Origin: Escherichia phage vB_EcoM_G2540
Sequence record: MK327936.1
DNA: 64,000 nucleotides
Reading direction: 5' to 3' (one strand)
Part shown: positions 30,263 to 42,595 of the stretch, in pieces
How positions within the stretch are numbered: the first letter of the stretch is position 1
How the letters are laid out: each line of letters begins with the position of its first letter
Position numbers and translations under genes: made by a program
The notes under the pieces: generated by a model
Told to the model about the DNA's origin: nothing
The model's input: only the letters and a program-made list of their open reading frames with translations
Databases searched by the model: none

Positions 30263-30759
30263 AAAGTTTTAATAACCTCTATAATATCGTCTTGAGAAAG
30301 ACCGTTAATTAAAATATGATGTTCAGCCGGAGATTTAGAAATTTTAAAGCATGCCTCAACATCTTCTGCCATATCCGATGCGCTACGATTTGGATTACTA
30401 ATTCCAAGACGATGTTTTCCCGTTAAAGGATTAACGATGATATAGCATTTACAGTTGTTAATATGAACATTAGGTTGAGTCTGATTAATGAACACATCGC
30501 AATCATATTTCGCAAGCTGATTTTCTAAAAAGACTTTCATCTCCTCAACCGCATCAGGAAGCATATCACGGGCTTGCTCAAGACGACGATTTCGATATTC
30601 TTTAATGGTCGTTTTCCGCTTGACTTGCTTAGCTAAATCTTTCTTAAGATCGGTGATATATCCAACTCGACGATTTCCTTTAAATACAGAAATCCCATCT
30701 GTAGTATCACCGTATGCTTCAACGACCATTTCAGTAGTAATAAGCTGCAAATCCATCAT
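30253..30759 (-). CDS. alc: Alc, inhibitor of host transcription
   Basis: 168 aa (T4 Alc 167 aa); early promoter directly upstream; synteny pseT-alc-rnlA. Confidence 0.75.
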   Translation of the reverse strand: MMDLQLITTEMVVEAYGDTTDGISVFKGNRRVGYITDLKKDLAKQVKRKTTIKEYRNRRLEQARDMLPDAVEEMKVFLENQLAKYDCDVFINQTQPNVHINNCKCYIIVNPLTGKHRLGISNPNRSASDMAEDVEACFKISKSPAEHHILINGLSQDDIIEVIKTLCN

Positions 30760-30787
30760 AAAGTCCTCATGTTATGTCAGTAAGACT

Positions 30788-30816
30788 ACTATAACACAAC
30801 ACGAGGGACTTGTAAA
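30788..30816 (-). promoter_or_regulatory. T4 early promoter for alc
   Basis: minus strand: TTTACA -35, 17 bp spacer, TATAGT -10; ~50 bp nearly identical to the 14947-14999 copy. Confidence 0.55.
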
Positions 30817-30820
30817 CAGC

Positions 30821-32408
<1,588 letters not shown>

Positions 32409-32416
32409 AATAAAAT

Positions 32417-32446
32417 GGGCCTTGCGGCCCACTCCTTAAAAATATT
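32417..32446 (-). promoter_or_regulatory. Hairpin between the denA Shine-Dalgarno and start codon (possible split RBS or nrdB terminator)
   Basis: AAGGAG at 32432-32437 (minus), then GGGCC-GCAA-GGCCC hairpin, then ATTTTATT and the ATG at 32408. Confidence 0.4.
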
Positions 32447-33614
32447 TTTTAAAACTCATCATAACTTTATCATCAACGTCATTATCAATCTGTGCTACAA
32501 GATAAGATGACAGTTCTACTTCTTGTGGCGCGGATTGAACATTATCAGAATTAAGATATTCACGAATCCAAGGATATGGATGTTTAACAGGAGCATCGGT
32601 AATTGGGCATGGAAGACCGCACTGTTTCATACGAGATACAGTTAAGTAATCAATAAAGCTCCACATGCTATTTGTATTTAATCCAGGAACATCGCCATCT
32701 TTAAATAAATGAACTGCCCAATCTTTTTCTTGGCGATTAACTTCCATGAAAATATCAACTGCTTCTTGTTCACACTCTTGAGCAATTTTAACCCATTCAT
32801 CGCCATCAGTGCCAAGTTGAAGTTGACGAATAATATATTGGGTGCCTTTAAGGTGAAGCTGTTCATCGCGTGCAATGAACTTCATAATCTTGGCATTACC
32901 TTCCATGATTTCCATGTTCTTATGGAAGTTAAAGGTACATGCGAAAGATACATAAAAACGAATAGCTTCCAATGCGTTGATTACATGCAAACAGAGGTAA
33001 AGAGATTTCATTAGCTCACGCTTCCAATATGTCTCATGCTCAATAGCATCTTCAATAACGTCTTCGTCTGCATTAATTTCTTTTTGGTATTCGATATCAG
33101 CTTTAGCGTTTTCCCAATAACGAGTTTTAATCAGAACATCATCATAATAACGTCCAATGGATTCAGCACGTTTCATAATAGCTTCATCTAATACAATTTC
33201 ATCAAATACCTTCGATGGATCAGTATAAAGATTTCGCATGATATGTGTATATGAACGGCTGTGAATAGTTTCACTAAAAGTCCACGTAGCAACCCATGTA
33301 TCAAGGCTTGGGTCTGAAATTAATGACATAAGTACAGCAGACGGCGCACGACCCTGAATGCTATCCAAAAGTGATTGATACTTCAGGTTATTAGTAAAAA
33401 TATTTTGCTGGTACTGAGGAAGCTTATTAAACTGTGCAGCATCCATCATTAAGTTTACTTCTTCAGGACGCCAAAAAAATGATAAAGATTTCTCAATAAG
33501 TTCTTCAAATACTCTATGTCGTTGAATATCATATCGAGCTAAACCCAATCCAGAACCAAAAAACATCGGCTCAGTCAAAATATTAACAGGGGATGTATTA
33601 AAAACTGTACTCAT
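32436..33614 (-). CDS. nrdB: Ribonucleotide reductase small subunit, intronless
   Basis: 392 aa continuous ORF; size and synteny match T4 NrdB. Confidence 0.9.
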   Translation of the reverse strand: MSTVFNTSPVNILTEPMFFGSGLGLARYDIQRHRVFEELIEKSLSFFWRPEEVNLMMDAAQFNKLPQYQQNIFTNNLKYQSLLDSIQGRAPSAVLMSLISDPSLDTWVATWTFSETIHSRSYTHIMRNLYTDPSKVFDEIVLDEAIMKRAESIGRYYDDVLIKTRYWENAKADIEYQKEINADEDVIEDAIEHETYWKRELMKSLYLCLHVINALEAIRFYVSFACTFNFHKNMEIMEGNAKIMKFIARDEQLHLKGTQYIIRQLQLGTDGDEWVKIAQECEQEAVDIFMEVNRQEKDWAVHLFKDGDVPGLNTNSMWSFIDYLTVSRMKQCGLPCPITDAPVKHPYPWIREYLNSDNVQSAPQEVELSSYLVAQIDNDVDDKVMMSFKKYF

Positions 33615-34252
33615 TTAGAATCCTTAAATTTACATTTATCATAATGCCATCTTAAAGCATTGCCTTTATTAACTTTCTTGCCACAATGCGGACAAGGCGG
33701 ATACTCTGTACCTTGCTTAGTTCTCAAAGAAATCAAATCACGGGTTTCTTTAGTATGAGGAACATCTCTTGTCGGAGAGATTGTACCATACATCGGATTA
33801 AGCACGCCGACTTTAGCAGCAGCTATATTCTTTTTAGCTTCTTCGGTTTTAGGTTTTCTCATGCGAGCTAAATGCTCTTTGGTAAATTTCCTTCCTTTAA
33901 GGGCTCTACTTATCTTTTCTCTGGTTTCCATAGAAACTTCACGTCCTATAGCAGCTTCAGATAAACGTCGTCTACCTAATTCGTACAGTTGAGAAGAAAT
34001 TTTATATGAGCGATTTTTACCAGTCAAGCACATTAAACCAAAAGCTTTCTTTAATCCTGGGGTGTCATATATTTTACATAAAAGCCAATGAGCTATAAAA
34101 TGTTCTCTGGCTGTTAATTCAACTAAATTTTCCTTATCATCAGAACCTCCCATACATTTAGGGATTATATGATGTGTCTCTTTATATTCTAGTAAAGATT
34201 CCCGAGCCTGAGCTCGGGAAATTAGGTCGTTATAGATTTTTTGATAATTCAT
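33611..34252 (-). CDS. mobE: Free-standing HNH homing endonuclease (MobE-like)
   Basis: 213 aa; HNH motif HHIIPKCMGGSDDKENLVELTAREHFIAH; C-terminal CPHCG...C zinc finger; TAATG coupled to nrdA. Confidence 0.75.
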   Translation of the reverse strand: MNYQKIYNDLISRAQARESLLEYKETHHIIPKCMGGSDDKENLVELTAREHFIAHWLLCKIYDTPGLKKAFGLMCLTGKNRSYKISSQLYELGRRRLSEAAIGREVSMETREKISRALKGRKFTKEHLARMRKPKTEEAKKNIAAAKVGVLNPMYGTISPTRDVPHTKETRDLISLRTKQGTEYPPCPHCGKKVNKGNALRWHYDKCKFKDSK

Positions 34253-36516
34253 TACAATTTACACGCTGCGCAATCATCGGCTTTTGGAGTTTCTATTTCA
34301 TAATCATCAGTACCGGAACCATCACGAGTATTATGATAATAGAAATTTTTTCCGCCAAAATACCAGAAATACAAAAGGTCATCAATCATTATTGACATTG
34401 GAACCTTTCCTTTTGGAAAAATCTGCGGGTCATAGTATGTATTTGCTGAAGCTGATTGACATACCCATTTCAACATAATAGCTACCTGCGTAAGATAAGG
34501 TTTATTACCTTTCTTAGCTAATTTCCACGTATAATCATATAAGTCTATGTTATGCTCAATATTGGGCACGACTTGATTAAAGGAACCCTCTTTTGATTCT
34601 TTAACAGAGACTGGTCCACGTGGAGGCTCGATACCGTTTGTACTGTTAGAAACTTGGGAAGATGACTCACATGGCATAAGTGCTGATAATGTGCTATTAC
34701 GGATGCCAAAGAGCTTAAGGTCTTCCCGCAGCGACGACCAGTCACAAACGTATTTTGGAGCTGCGATTTGGTCAATCTTTTTATTGTACCAGTCGATAGG
34801 TAATTCGCCTCGAGACCAACGAGTGTCTGAATAATATTCGCAAGGTCCTTTTTCTTTGGCGAGCTTAATGGATGCTTTAATGAGTCCATACTGTAATCTC
34901 TCAAATAGTTCATGTGTTAAATCGTTAGCATCTTCATAAGAAGCAAAGTTACTTGCCAGCCAAGCCGCATAGTTAGTAACACCTACACCGAGGTTACGAC
35001 GCTTTTTAGCTTTTTCTGCTTCAGGAACTGGATATCCTTGGTAATCCAAAAGATTATCAAGAGCACGAACTTGAACTTCTGCCAATTCATTAATTTTATC
35101 TTGGTCTTGCCAGTCAAAATTATCTAATACGAATGCAGAGAGAGTACACAATCCAATTTCAGCATCAGGACTATTCACATCATTTGTTGGAATAGCAATT
35201 TCACAGCACAAGTTACTCTGACGAATAGGTGCCTTTTCACGAATAAACGGAGTGTAGTTATTCGTATTATCAATGAACTGCACATAAATCCTTGCTGTTC
35301 CTGAACGTTCAGTCATGAGCAATTCAAATAGTTCACGGGCTTTAATACGCTTTTTACGAATATTAGGGTCTTTTTCTGCTGCTTCGTATAATTCACGGAA
35401 ACGGTCTTGGTCTTTAAAATAAGAATAATAAAGCTCGCCACCCATTTCATGCGGACTGAACAAAGTAATGTAATCGTTCTTTCCAAAACGTTCCATCATT
35501 AGGTCATTCAGTTGAACACCATAATCCATATGACGAATGCGGTTTTCTTCTACGCCTTTGTTATTTTTCAAAACGAGAAGATTTTCAACTTCCAAATGCC
35601 AAATAGGATAATAAGCAGTAGCAGCGCCGCCACGAATTCCACCCTGTGAACATGATTTAACTGCAGTCTGAAAATGTTTCCAAAAAGGAATAACACCAGT
35701 ATGGCGTACTTCACCCATGCCAATCTTAGAACCTTCAGCACGAATCATACCAACGTTAATACCAATTCCAGCGCGTTTAGAGATATATTCAACAATTGAA
35801 GCGGAAGCCTTATTGATAGACTTCAATGAATCTCCTGCCTCAATAACAACACATGAACTAAACTGTCGAGTCGGAGTACGGCAACCAGCCATAATAGGAG
35901 TTGGCAATGAAATCTGTCGAGTAGATACTGCTTCATAAAAACGGATAACATGTTTTAATCTATCAACAGGTTCATCTTGATGCAATGCCATTCCAATAGC
36001 CATAAATGCAAACTGTGGAGTTTCATAAATTTGACCAGTGGTTTTATCTTTAACTAGATATTTTTCTTTTAATTGCATCGCCCCGGAATAAGTAAATTCC
36101 ATATCCCGTTCGTGCTTAATTTTTGATTCTAAAAATGTAATTTCTTCTGCTGAATATTTTGACAATAATTCAGGGTCATATTTACCTTCATTTACGCAGT
36201 AAGAAATATGGTCAATAAATGAACGTGGTTCATACTGCCCATAAACATGCTTACGAAGAGCAAACATTAAACAGCGGGCAGCTACATATTGGTAATCAGG
36301 CTCTTCAACCGAAATAGAATTCGCAGCAGCCTTAATGACAATAGTCTGAATATCATCAGTTGTCATTCCATCACGGAGATAAGATTTAATGTTTTCATAT
36401 AATTCATAAGGATCTACTGATGTTCCTTCAGCTGCCCAAGATAAAACTTTAATAATTTTTTGTGGGTCAAAGCTCTGAGAAACACCACTACTTTTGATAA
36501 CATTAATTAATTGCAT
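34252..36516 (-). CDS. nrdA: Ribonucleotide reductase large subunit
   Basis: 754 aa as T4 NrdA; active-site motif SNLCCEI. Confidence 0.9.
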   Translation of the reverse strand: MQLINVIKSSGVSQSFDPQKIIKVLSWAAEGTSVDPYELYENIKSYLRDGMTTDDIQTIVIKAAANSISVEEPDYQYVAARCLMFALRKHVYGQYEPRSFIDHISYCVNEGKYDPELLSKYSAEEITFLESKIKHERDMEFTYSGAMQLKEKYLVKDKTTGQIYETPQFAFMAIGMALHQDEPVDRLKHVIRFYEAVSTRQISLPTPIMAGCRTPTRQFSSCVVIEAGDSLKSINKASASIVEYISKRAGIGINVGMIRAEGSKIGMGEVRHTGVIPFWKHFQTAVKSCSQGGIRGGAATAYYPIWHLEVENLLVLKNNKGVEENRIRHMDYGVQLNDLMMERFGKNDYITLFSPHEMGGELYYSYFKDQDRFRELYEAAEKDPNIRKKRIKARELFELLMTERSGTARIYVQFIDNTNNYTPFIREKAPIRQSNLCCEIAIPTNDVNSPDAEIGLCTLSAFVLDNFDWQDQDKINELAEVQVRALDNLLDYQGYPVPEAEKAKKRRNLGVGVTNYAAWLASNFASYEDANDLTHELFERLQYGLIKASIKLAKEKGPCEYYSDTRWSRGELPIDWYNKKIDQIAAPKYVCDWSSLREDLKLFGIRNSTLSALMPCESSSQVSNSTNGIEPPRGPVSVKESKEGSFNQVVPNIEHNIDLYDYTWKLAKKGNKPYLTQVAIMLKWVCQSASANTYYDPQIFPKGKVPMSIMIDDLLYFWYFGGKNFYYHNTRDGSGTDDYEIETPKADDCAACKL

Positions 36517-36833
36517 AAGTCCTCAACTTGAAAATCGTCTTTAAACAATCGGTTAACTATATGAGCTATTATATCACCATGACACGGCTTTGGTTTACAT
36601 GTGCATCCTAGCCTCATTCCACGTAAAGGCTCTAAATGTGCTTTAGTTATTTCTCCGGATTTAATTCGACGTATAAAATCTTTTTTGAATAATTCAATGG
36701 CAGCCTCCCGGCTGCCAGCATCTTTACCGACGTAATTTCCCCAAAATGTACCGCGGTGAATATTAACATCAAAGTCGGATTTGTATTTATTCACTACCCG
36801 GCATAGACGGCCCGGTTGGTAATAATTCTTCAT
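36507..36833 (-). CDS. Hypothetical protein (nrdA.1-like), Cys/His-rich
   Basis: 108-aa ORF between td and nrdA. Confidence 0.45.
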   Translation of the reverse strand: MKNYYQPGRLCRVVNKYKSDFDVNIHRGTFWGNYVGKDAGSREAAIELFKKDFIRRIKSGEITKAHLEPLRGMRLGCTCKPKPCHGDIIAHIVNRLFKDDFQVEDLCN

Positions 36834-37062
36834 ATTGTTTTTCCGTTAAAACAGTAATATCGTAGTAACAGTCAGAAGAAGTTTTAACTGTGGAAATTTT
36901 ATTATCAAAATACTCACGAGTCATTTTATGAGTATAATATTTTTTGCCATAAATGATAATAGGCTGATTTGGTCCTGGAACTTCTAACTCGCTTGGGTTA
37001 GGAAGTGTAAAAAGAACAACGTCAGAAGTATCTTTAAATCGTAAAATCATAAATCCTCGCAA
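36787..37062 (-). CDS. Hypothetical protein (nrdA.2-like)
   Basis: 91-aa ORF between td and nrdA. Confidence 0.45.
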   Translation of the reverse strand: MRGFMILRFKDTSDVVLFTLPNPSELEVPGPNQPIIIYGKKYYTHKMTREYFDNKISTVKTSSDCYYDITVLTEKQYEELLPTGPSMPGSE

Positions 37063-37070
37063 TAATAAAA

Positions 37071-37382
37071 TTATACCGCCATCTTTCCTTTAATTGGCGG
37101 GTGAGATACATAGTCGTTAAGAACAAAATTATGCGGCTTTGCGAATTGACTCAACCAAAATACCTGTGATTCTGTGTCCCATTCATCAAATTCATCTGGG
37201 AATTTTAATTGTAATTCGCATAAATCCATAGGTTCACGACGCAAAATTTCTTTACATTGTTCTACGTGATTCATATAGATATGAGTATTACCGCCAGAAA
37301 ATATCAAATCTCCCGGAATAAGATTACATATCTTAGCTACAATATGAACTAACGTAGCATATGATGCAATATTAAACGGTAG
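37071..37382 (-). CDS. td: Thymidylate synthase, exon 2
   Basis: Encodes [13 protein letters not shown]...; the ATG at 37385-37383 is the intron 3' end (...CATAATG). Confidence 0.85.
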   Translation of the reverse strand, partial: LPFNIASYATLVHIVAKICNLIPGDLIFSGGNTHIYMNHVEQCKEILRREPMDLCELQLKFPDEFDEWDTESQVFWLSQFAKPHNFVLNDYVSHPPIKGKMAV

Positions 37383-38398
37383 CATTATGTTCAGATAAGG
37401 TCGTTAATCTTACCCCGGAATTATATCCAGCTACATGTCACCATGCAGAGCAGACTATATCTCCAACTTGTTAAAGCAAGTTGTCTATCGTTTCGAGTCA
37501 CTTGACCCTACTCCCCAAAGGGATAGTCGTTAGGCATTTATGTAGAACCAATTCCATTTATCAGATTTTACACGATAAGTAACTAATCCAGACGAAATTT
37601 TAAAATGTCTAGCTGCATCTGCTGCACATTCAAAAATAACCCCATCACATGAAATCTTTTTAATATTACTAGGCTTTTTACCTTTCATCTTTTCTGATAT
37701 TTTAGATTTAGTTATGTCTGAATGCTTATGATTAAAGAATGAATTATTTTCACCTGAACGATTTCTGCATTTACTACAAGTATAAGCAGAAGTTTGTATG
37801 CGAACACCGCACTTACAAAACTTATGGGTTTCTGGATTCCAACGCCCATTTTTACTTCCGGGTTTACTGTAAAGAGCTTTCCGACCATCAGGTCCAAGTT
37901 TAAGCATCTTAGCTTTAACAGTTTCAGAACGTTTCTTAATAATTTCTTCTTTTAATGGATGCGTAGAACATGTATCACCAAACGTTGCATCAGCAATATT
38001 GTATCCATTAATTTTAGAATTAAGCTCTTTAATCCAAAAATTTTCTCGTTCAATAATCAAATCTTTCTCATATGGAATTTCTTCCAAAATAGAACATTCA
38101 AACACATTACCATGTTTGTTAAAAGACCTCTGAAGTTTTATAGAAGAATGGCATCCTTTTTCTAAATCTTTAAAATGCCTCTTCCATCTCTTTTCAAAAT
38201 CTTTAGCACTTCCTACATATACTTTATTGTTTAAAGTATTTTTAATCTGATAAATTCCGCTTTTCATAAATACCTCTTTGAATATAGAAGTATTTATTAA
38301 AGGGCAGTCCTACAATTTAGCACGGGATTGTCTACTAGAGAGTTTCCCCGTTTAGATAGATTACAAGTATAAGTCACCTTATACTCAGGCCTCAATTA
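37383..38398 (-). mobile_element. Group I self-splicing intron in td, carrying I-TevI
   Basis: 1016 nt; 5' end TAATTGAGGCCTGAGTATAAGGTGACTTATACTTG... and 3' end ...CTGAACATAATG match the T4 td intron as I recall it. Confidence 0.85.
37530..38267 (-). CDS. I-TevI: Intron-encoded GIY-YIG homing endonuclease I-TevI
   Basis: 245 aa; N-terminal GIY-YIG (SGIYQIKN...KVYVGSA); zinc finger and C-terminal DNA-binding region; inside the td intron. Confidence 0.9.
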   Translation of the reverse strand: MKSGIYQIKNTLNNKVYVGSAKDFEKRWKRHFKDLEKGCHSSIKLQRSFNKHGNVFECSILEEIPYEKDLIIERENFWIKELNSKINGYNIADATFGDTCSTHPLKEEIIKKRSETVKAKMLKLGPDGRKALYSKPGSKNGRWNPETHKFCKCGVRIQTSAYTCSKCRNRSGENNSFFNHKHSDITKSKISEKMKGKKPSNIKKISCDGVIFECAADAARHFKISSGLVTYRVKSDKWNWFYINA

Positions 38399-38947
38399 AC
38401 CCAAGAAAACATCTACCGAACGTTGATACCACTGAAGGTCAAGGTATCCATTACGAACATTAAATTGATAGAACATATGACAAGGAGGTAATGCCATATA
38501 TTTAAGTTCAGCTGGATTCCATGCTGAAACAATTTGACGCCTATCATTTGGCAGTTTTTTAATACGATCAATAACTTCTATAATTTGGTCTACACCACCA
38601 AAATCACGCCACTGTTTTCCATAAATTGGACCAAGTTCACCGCTATGGTATCCTAAATCTTTTGCTTGATTTTCGTAATTTTCATCCCAAACTGTTTTGC
38701 CTTGGATTAACGAATCATGTTGAATTAATCGCAAATCATTGACATTTGTGCTTCCCGATAAAAACCATAGAAGCTCAGCAATACATGCATTCCACGCAAG
38801 CTTCTTAGTTGTTACCGCAGGAAAACCTTTAGTTAAATCCCAGCGTAATTTAGTACCGAACAAAGCAATTGTTCCTGTGCCTGTTCGGTCATCGGTTTCA
38901 TAGCCATTTTCAAAAATGTCTTTAATTAAATCTTGGTATTGTTTCAT
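38399..38947 (-). CDS. td: Thymidylate synthase, exon 1
   Basis: 183 codons ending ...QRSVDVFLG, then intron; exon1+exon2 = 286 aa. Confidence 0.85.
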
Positions 38948-38991
38948 TTAGTACCTTATATAAATTATAATACATTTTATGAAGCTAATAA

Positions 38992-39339
38992 TCAATACGG
39001 TTTAGCATCAAATTTTCTTTCAATTTCAGGCGTAAAATACAATTCTTTACCACGCTTGGAAAAGCGACCAATAATATGATAATTATTCTCATCAAACGTG
39101 ATATTGCCGATATCCATAGCTTTCAACCAAATATCGATATTTCTGTCAAGCTTTATATCAAAATTCCAATACGGAGAACTATTACCGAAAATACTGCAAG
39201 CGGATTCAGTGAAACAACTGCTATAAATTTTGTCTTTAGGAACTACTAATTGATAGACGCCTTTAATAAACTGAGGACCCTGCCATTTTGGTTGTTTCGC
39301 GTCTTTTTCTAATAGAATAGGGTAATAATTAAAATTCAT
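38992..39339 (-). CDS. Hypothetical protein, 115 aa, inserted between frd and td
   Basis: ATG-initiated ORF with its own weak SD; no motif I recognise. Confidence 0.5.
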   Translation of the reverse strand: MNFNYYPILLEKDAKQPKWQGPQFIKGVYQLVVPKDKIYSSCFTESACSIFGNSSPYWNFDIKLDRNIDIWLKAMDIGNITFDENNYHIIGRFSKRGKELYFTPEIERKFDAKPY

Positions 39340-39358
39340 ATTTTCCGCCAGTGTTATT

Positions 39359-40188
<830 letters not shown>

Positions 40189-40199
40189 ATTATCTCCTA

Positions 40200-40532
40200 T
40201 TAAAAAGGATCAGGAACATATCCACTAGCTTTAATCATTTTAACTAATGTTACCATTCCTTTGTTAACTGCTTGTGAGATTTCATCAAAAACTTCATCAT
40301 TAAAAAGTTCTAGCACACCCTTCTGAACTTTTAATTTACAGCCAACAATTTCGTCATCGCCTATAGTAAATTCATTACCGCCAATTCCACCGAAAAACTT
40401 AATTACACCAGTTAACTGTCTTCCACGAGAATATGGGTCATGTGATAAAGTAATATGAGTCACCCCAGGTACAGTTTTAAATTGACAGCGAATGTTTACT
40501 TGAGAAATTCCAGTTACATGAATGTCAGACAT
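40200..40532 (-). CDS. Hypothetical protein, 110 aa
   Basis: ORF in 32-frd interval. Confidence 0.45.
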   Translation of the reverse strand: MSDIHVTGISQVNIRCQFKTVPGVTHITLSHDPYSRGRQLTGVIKFFGGIGGNEFTIGDDEIVGCKLKVQKGVLELFNDEVFDEISQAVNKGMVTLVKMIKASGYVPDPF

Positions 40533-40542
40533 AATATTTTCC

Positions 40543-40785
40543 TCAAACAGACTTTTTCACAGTTTTCCAATCAGCTTTAAACTGCTCGACGTCAGAATGG
40601 TAAATCCAGAATCCTGCGCTTTCTCCGTCTTCATAAAGAGGACATCCATCGCATTCATCTTCCCATCCCATATCACGTAAAAGATGTTCAGCTTTTTCAA
40701 CAAGTTCAGAATCTTTACCGATGATATTAAAATACCATTTACCTCTAACTTCTGAATCTTTGATGCTCTGGCGTTGTAATCTCAT
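40543..40785 (-). CDS. Hypothetical protein, 80 aa
   Basis: ORF directly downstream of an early promoter. Confidence 0.45.
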   Translation of the reverse strand: MRLQRQSIKDSEVRGKWYFNIIGKDSELVEKAEHLLRDMGWEDECDGCPLYEDGESAGFWIYHSDVEQFKADWKTVKKSV

Positions 40786-40810
40786 TTTATTCTCCTTAAT
40801 TGATAGGGTA

Positions 40811-40839
40811 ATAGTATCACGCTACTACCCTTCTGTAAA
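40811..40839 (-). promoter_or_regulatory. T4 early promoter
   Basis: minus strand: TTTACA -35, 17 bp spacer, -10 TACTAT. Confidence 0.5.
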
Positions 40840-41049
40840 CTACTTTTTAAAAGTTTTTCGCAAAAGTTCAATGATTTCATCTACATTGTTTTCGTCAACA
40901 ATGCAGTGAATTTTTGTTACGCCAGAAACCGGGTCTTTGACTTCATCTTTTTCAGAAGTCGGTTCTTTATACTCACGAAAACAATGAAATTCGTCTTCGC
41001 AAATTTCTAAAAGTCTATCTTTGAGGTAAAATGTTTTCCATTTGCGCAT
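40840..41049 (-). CDS. Hypothetical protein, 69 aa
   Basis: ORF; 5' end overlaps upstream ORF by 43 nt. Confidence 0.35.
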   Translation of the reverse strand: MRKWKTFYLKDRLLEICEDEFHCFREYKEPTSEKDEVKDPVSGVTKIHCIVDENNVDEIIELLRKTFKK

Positions 41050-41219
41050 TCAATGTGTTTTACTGCTTTATATCCATTAGCGACGGAAACTTCTTTAACT
41101 TCAAACCATCCGCCATTCTCTCGAATGGCTTTAACTATTGATGAATTAGAACGTGGGCTATAATTAATAAATGTATCAATAAGTCTTGGAACAAGTTCAT
41201 ACTTTTTACCGGTATACAT
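41007..41219 (-). CDS. Hypothetical protein, 70 aa
   Basis: ORF; 3' end overlaps downstream ORF by 43 nt. Confidence 0.35.
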   Translation of the reverse strand: MYTGKKYELVPRLIDTFINYSPRSNSSIVKAIRENGGWFEVKEVSVANGYKAVKHIECANGKHFTSKIDF

Positions 41220-41263
41220 TACGGTTTCCTCATTTTAACGGGGCGGTAATAGCCCCTTGATAA

Positions 41264-41491
41264 TTATTGTTCAATCAGTCCCATGTAAAATTCTGCGTCT
41301 TCAGAATCCATGTCATCACAATATTCATTAGCCATAAAGAGGGTGAGGTCTTCAAGAGGACCTTTAATAACGATTTGAATACTCCAAAACTTAGAATCTT
41401 GCACGCTTGTGATACTAAGTTCAGGATAACGATTACGAATAATCTCTTCAATATATTCAAAATCAACGATGTCAATATCAACTTTAGCCAT
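41264..41491 (-). CDS. Hypothetical acidic protein, 75 aa
   Basis: Start at internal ATG 41491 (MAKVDIDIV...) with AGAGGA SD; promoter at 41535-41563 sits upstream of this start. Confidence 0.45.
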   Translation of the reverse strand: MAKVDIDIVDFEYIEEIIRNRYPELSITSVQDSKFWSIQIVIKGPLEDLTLFMANEYCDDMDSEDAEFYMGLIEQ

Positions 41492-41534
41492 ATTATTTTC
41501 CTCTTTAATCATCAGCAGTATTGCCGATAGTTGT

Positions 41535-41563
41535 ATAGTACCATGGAAGGACAAGGATGTAAA
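41535..41563 (-). promoter_or_regulatory. T4 early promoter
   Basis: minus strand: TTTACA -35, 17 bp spacer, -10 TACTAT; member of the GTTGATAGTTGTATAGTACC repeat family. Confidence 0.55.
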
Positions 41564-41588
41564 CAGCTTTGTGAAAAATTTTTGAAAT

Positions 41589-41615
41589 AAAAAAAAGGGG
41601 ACCTCTAGGGTCCCC
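41589..41615 (-). terminator. Rho-independent terminator downstream of gene 32
   Basis: GGGGACC-TCTA-GGGTCCCC hairpin followed on minus strand by T8. Confidence 0.75.
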
Positions 41616-41639
41616 AATTAATTAGTATAATATAATCTG

Positions 41640-42545
41640 TTAAAGGTCATTCAAAAGGTCATCCAGGTCCGTGTCATCAGCACTAGATGAACTGCCAGAG
41701 CTTGAGCTCATAAAATCATCTTCAGTTTTTGTTTTGAAGTCATCAACATTGAATGCATCCAAATCATCAGCAACTTTATCAGCTTTCTTAGCGGCAGTTG
41801 CTGCGGCACCGCCCATCACAGCAGTTCCCATGACTTGACCGAATTTAGTGCTCAGTTCTTCAAATGATTTGAATTTATCTTTAGAAGTCATTTCAGAAAG
41901 GTCAACCATTTGTTCGAACAGTTCTTTCTGGAAAGATTCATCATCAATGTTTGGAATCGCAGATTGATTCAGGAATTTAGATTCGTCGTAGTTACTAAAT
42001 CCAGAAACCTGTTTAACTTTCAGTACAAAGTTAGCACCTTCCCACGGACAAGTTACATCAACTGGAGTTTCACCCATTTCAACATCAACCGCAATCATTG
42101 CATTGATTTTATCCCAGATTTTCTTACCAAAACGGTATTTAAATACTTTACCTTCATTTTCTGGAGCAGCTGGGTCTTTTACAACAAGAATGTTAGCCCA
42201 GTAAGAAGTTTTACGTTTAACAAGACTGTACTCTTTATTGTCAGTGTTGTACAGATCATTTTTACTGATGTATTGACATACTGGGCAAGAATCGTAATCA
42301 CCATGGGTAGATGAACATGTTTCAATATACCATTTACCATTTTTCTTGAAACCGTGATTTACAAGAATTGCGAATGGTGCTTGTTCATCATTTTTAGACG
42401 GAAGAAAACGAATTACTGCTTGACCGTTACCCGCATTATCGAGTTTCAGTTTCCACTCGCCTTTATCTTCAGAAGAAAAACCTTTATTGCCATTCAGTTT
42501 AGCCATTTGTGCAGCAAGTTCAGCAGTAGATTTACGTTTAAACAT
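41640..42545 (-). CDS. 32: Single-stranded DNA-binding protein gp32
   Basis: 301 aa as T4 gp32; zinc motif [14 protein letters not shown]; acidic Ser/Asp-rich C-terminal tail. Confidence 0.95.
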
Positions 42546-42595
42546 TTTTATTTCCTTTTTAATTTAATTAACAGTTGGTGCTATGACACTTTACC

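Noticed and set aside
32430-32432. ORF-track start of denA at 32432
   Set aside because: The codon is GTG and it overlaps the AAGGAG SD; the ATG at 32408 gives the expected 136-aa product. Likewise TTG starts at 117, 6108 and 45406 were replaced by in-frame ATGs
32436-33614. Possible group I intron / I-TevIII in nrdB
   Set aside because: nrdB is a single uninterrupted 392-aa ORF and no intron-like gap or endonuclease ORF is present
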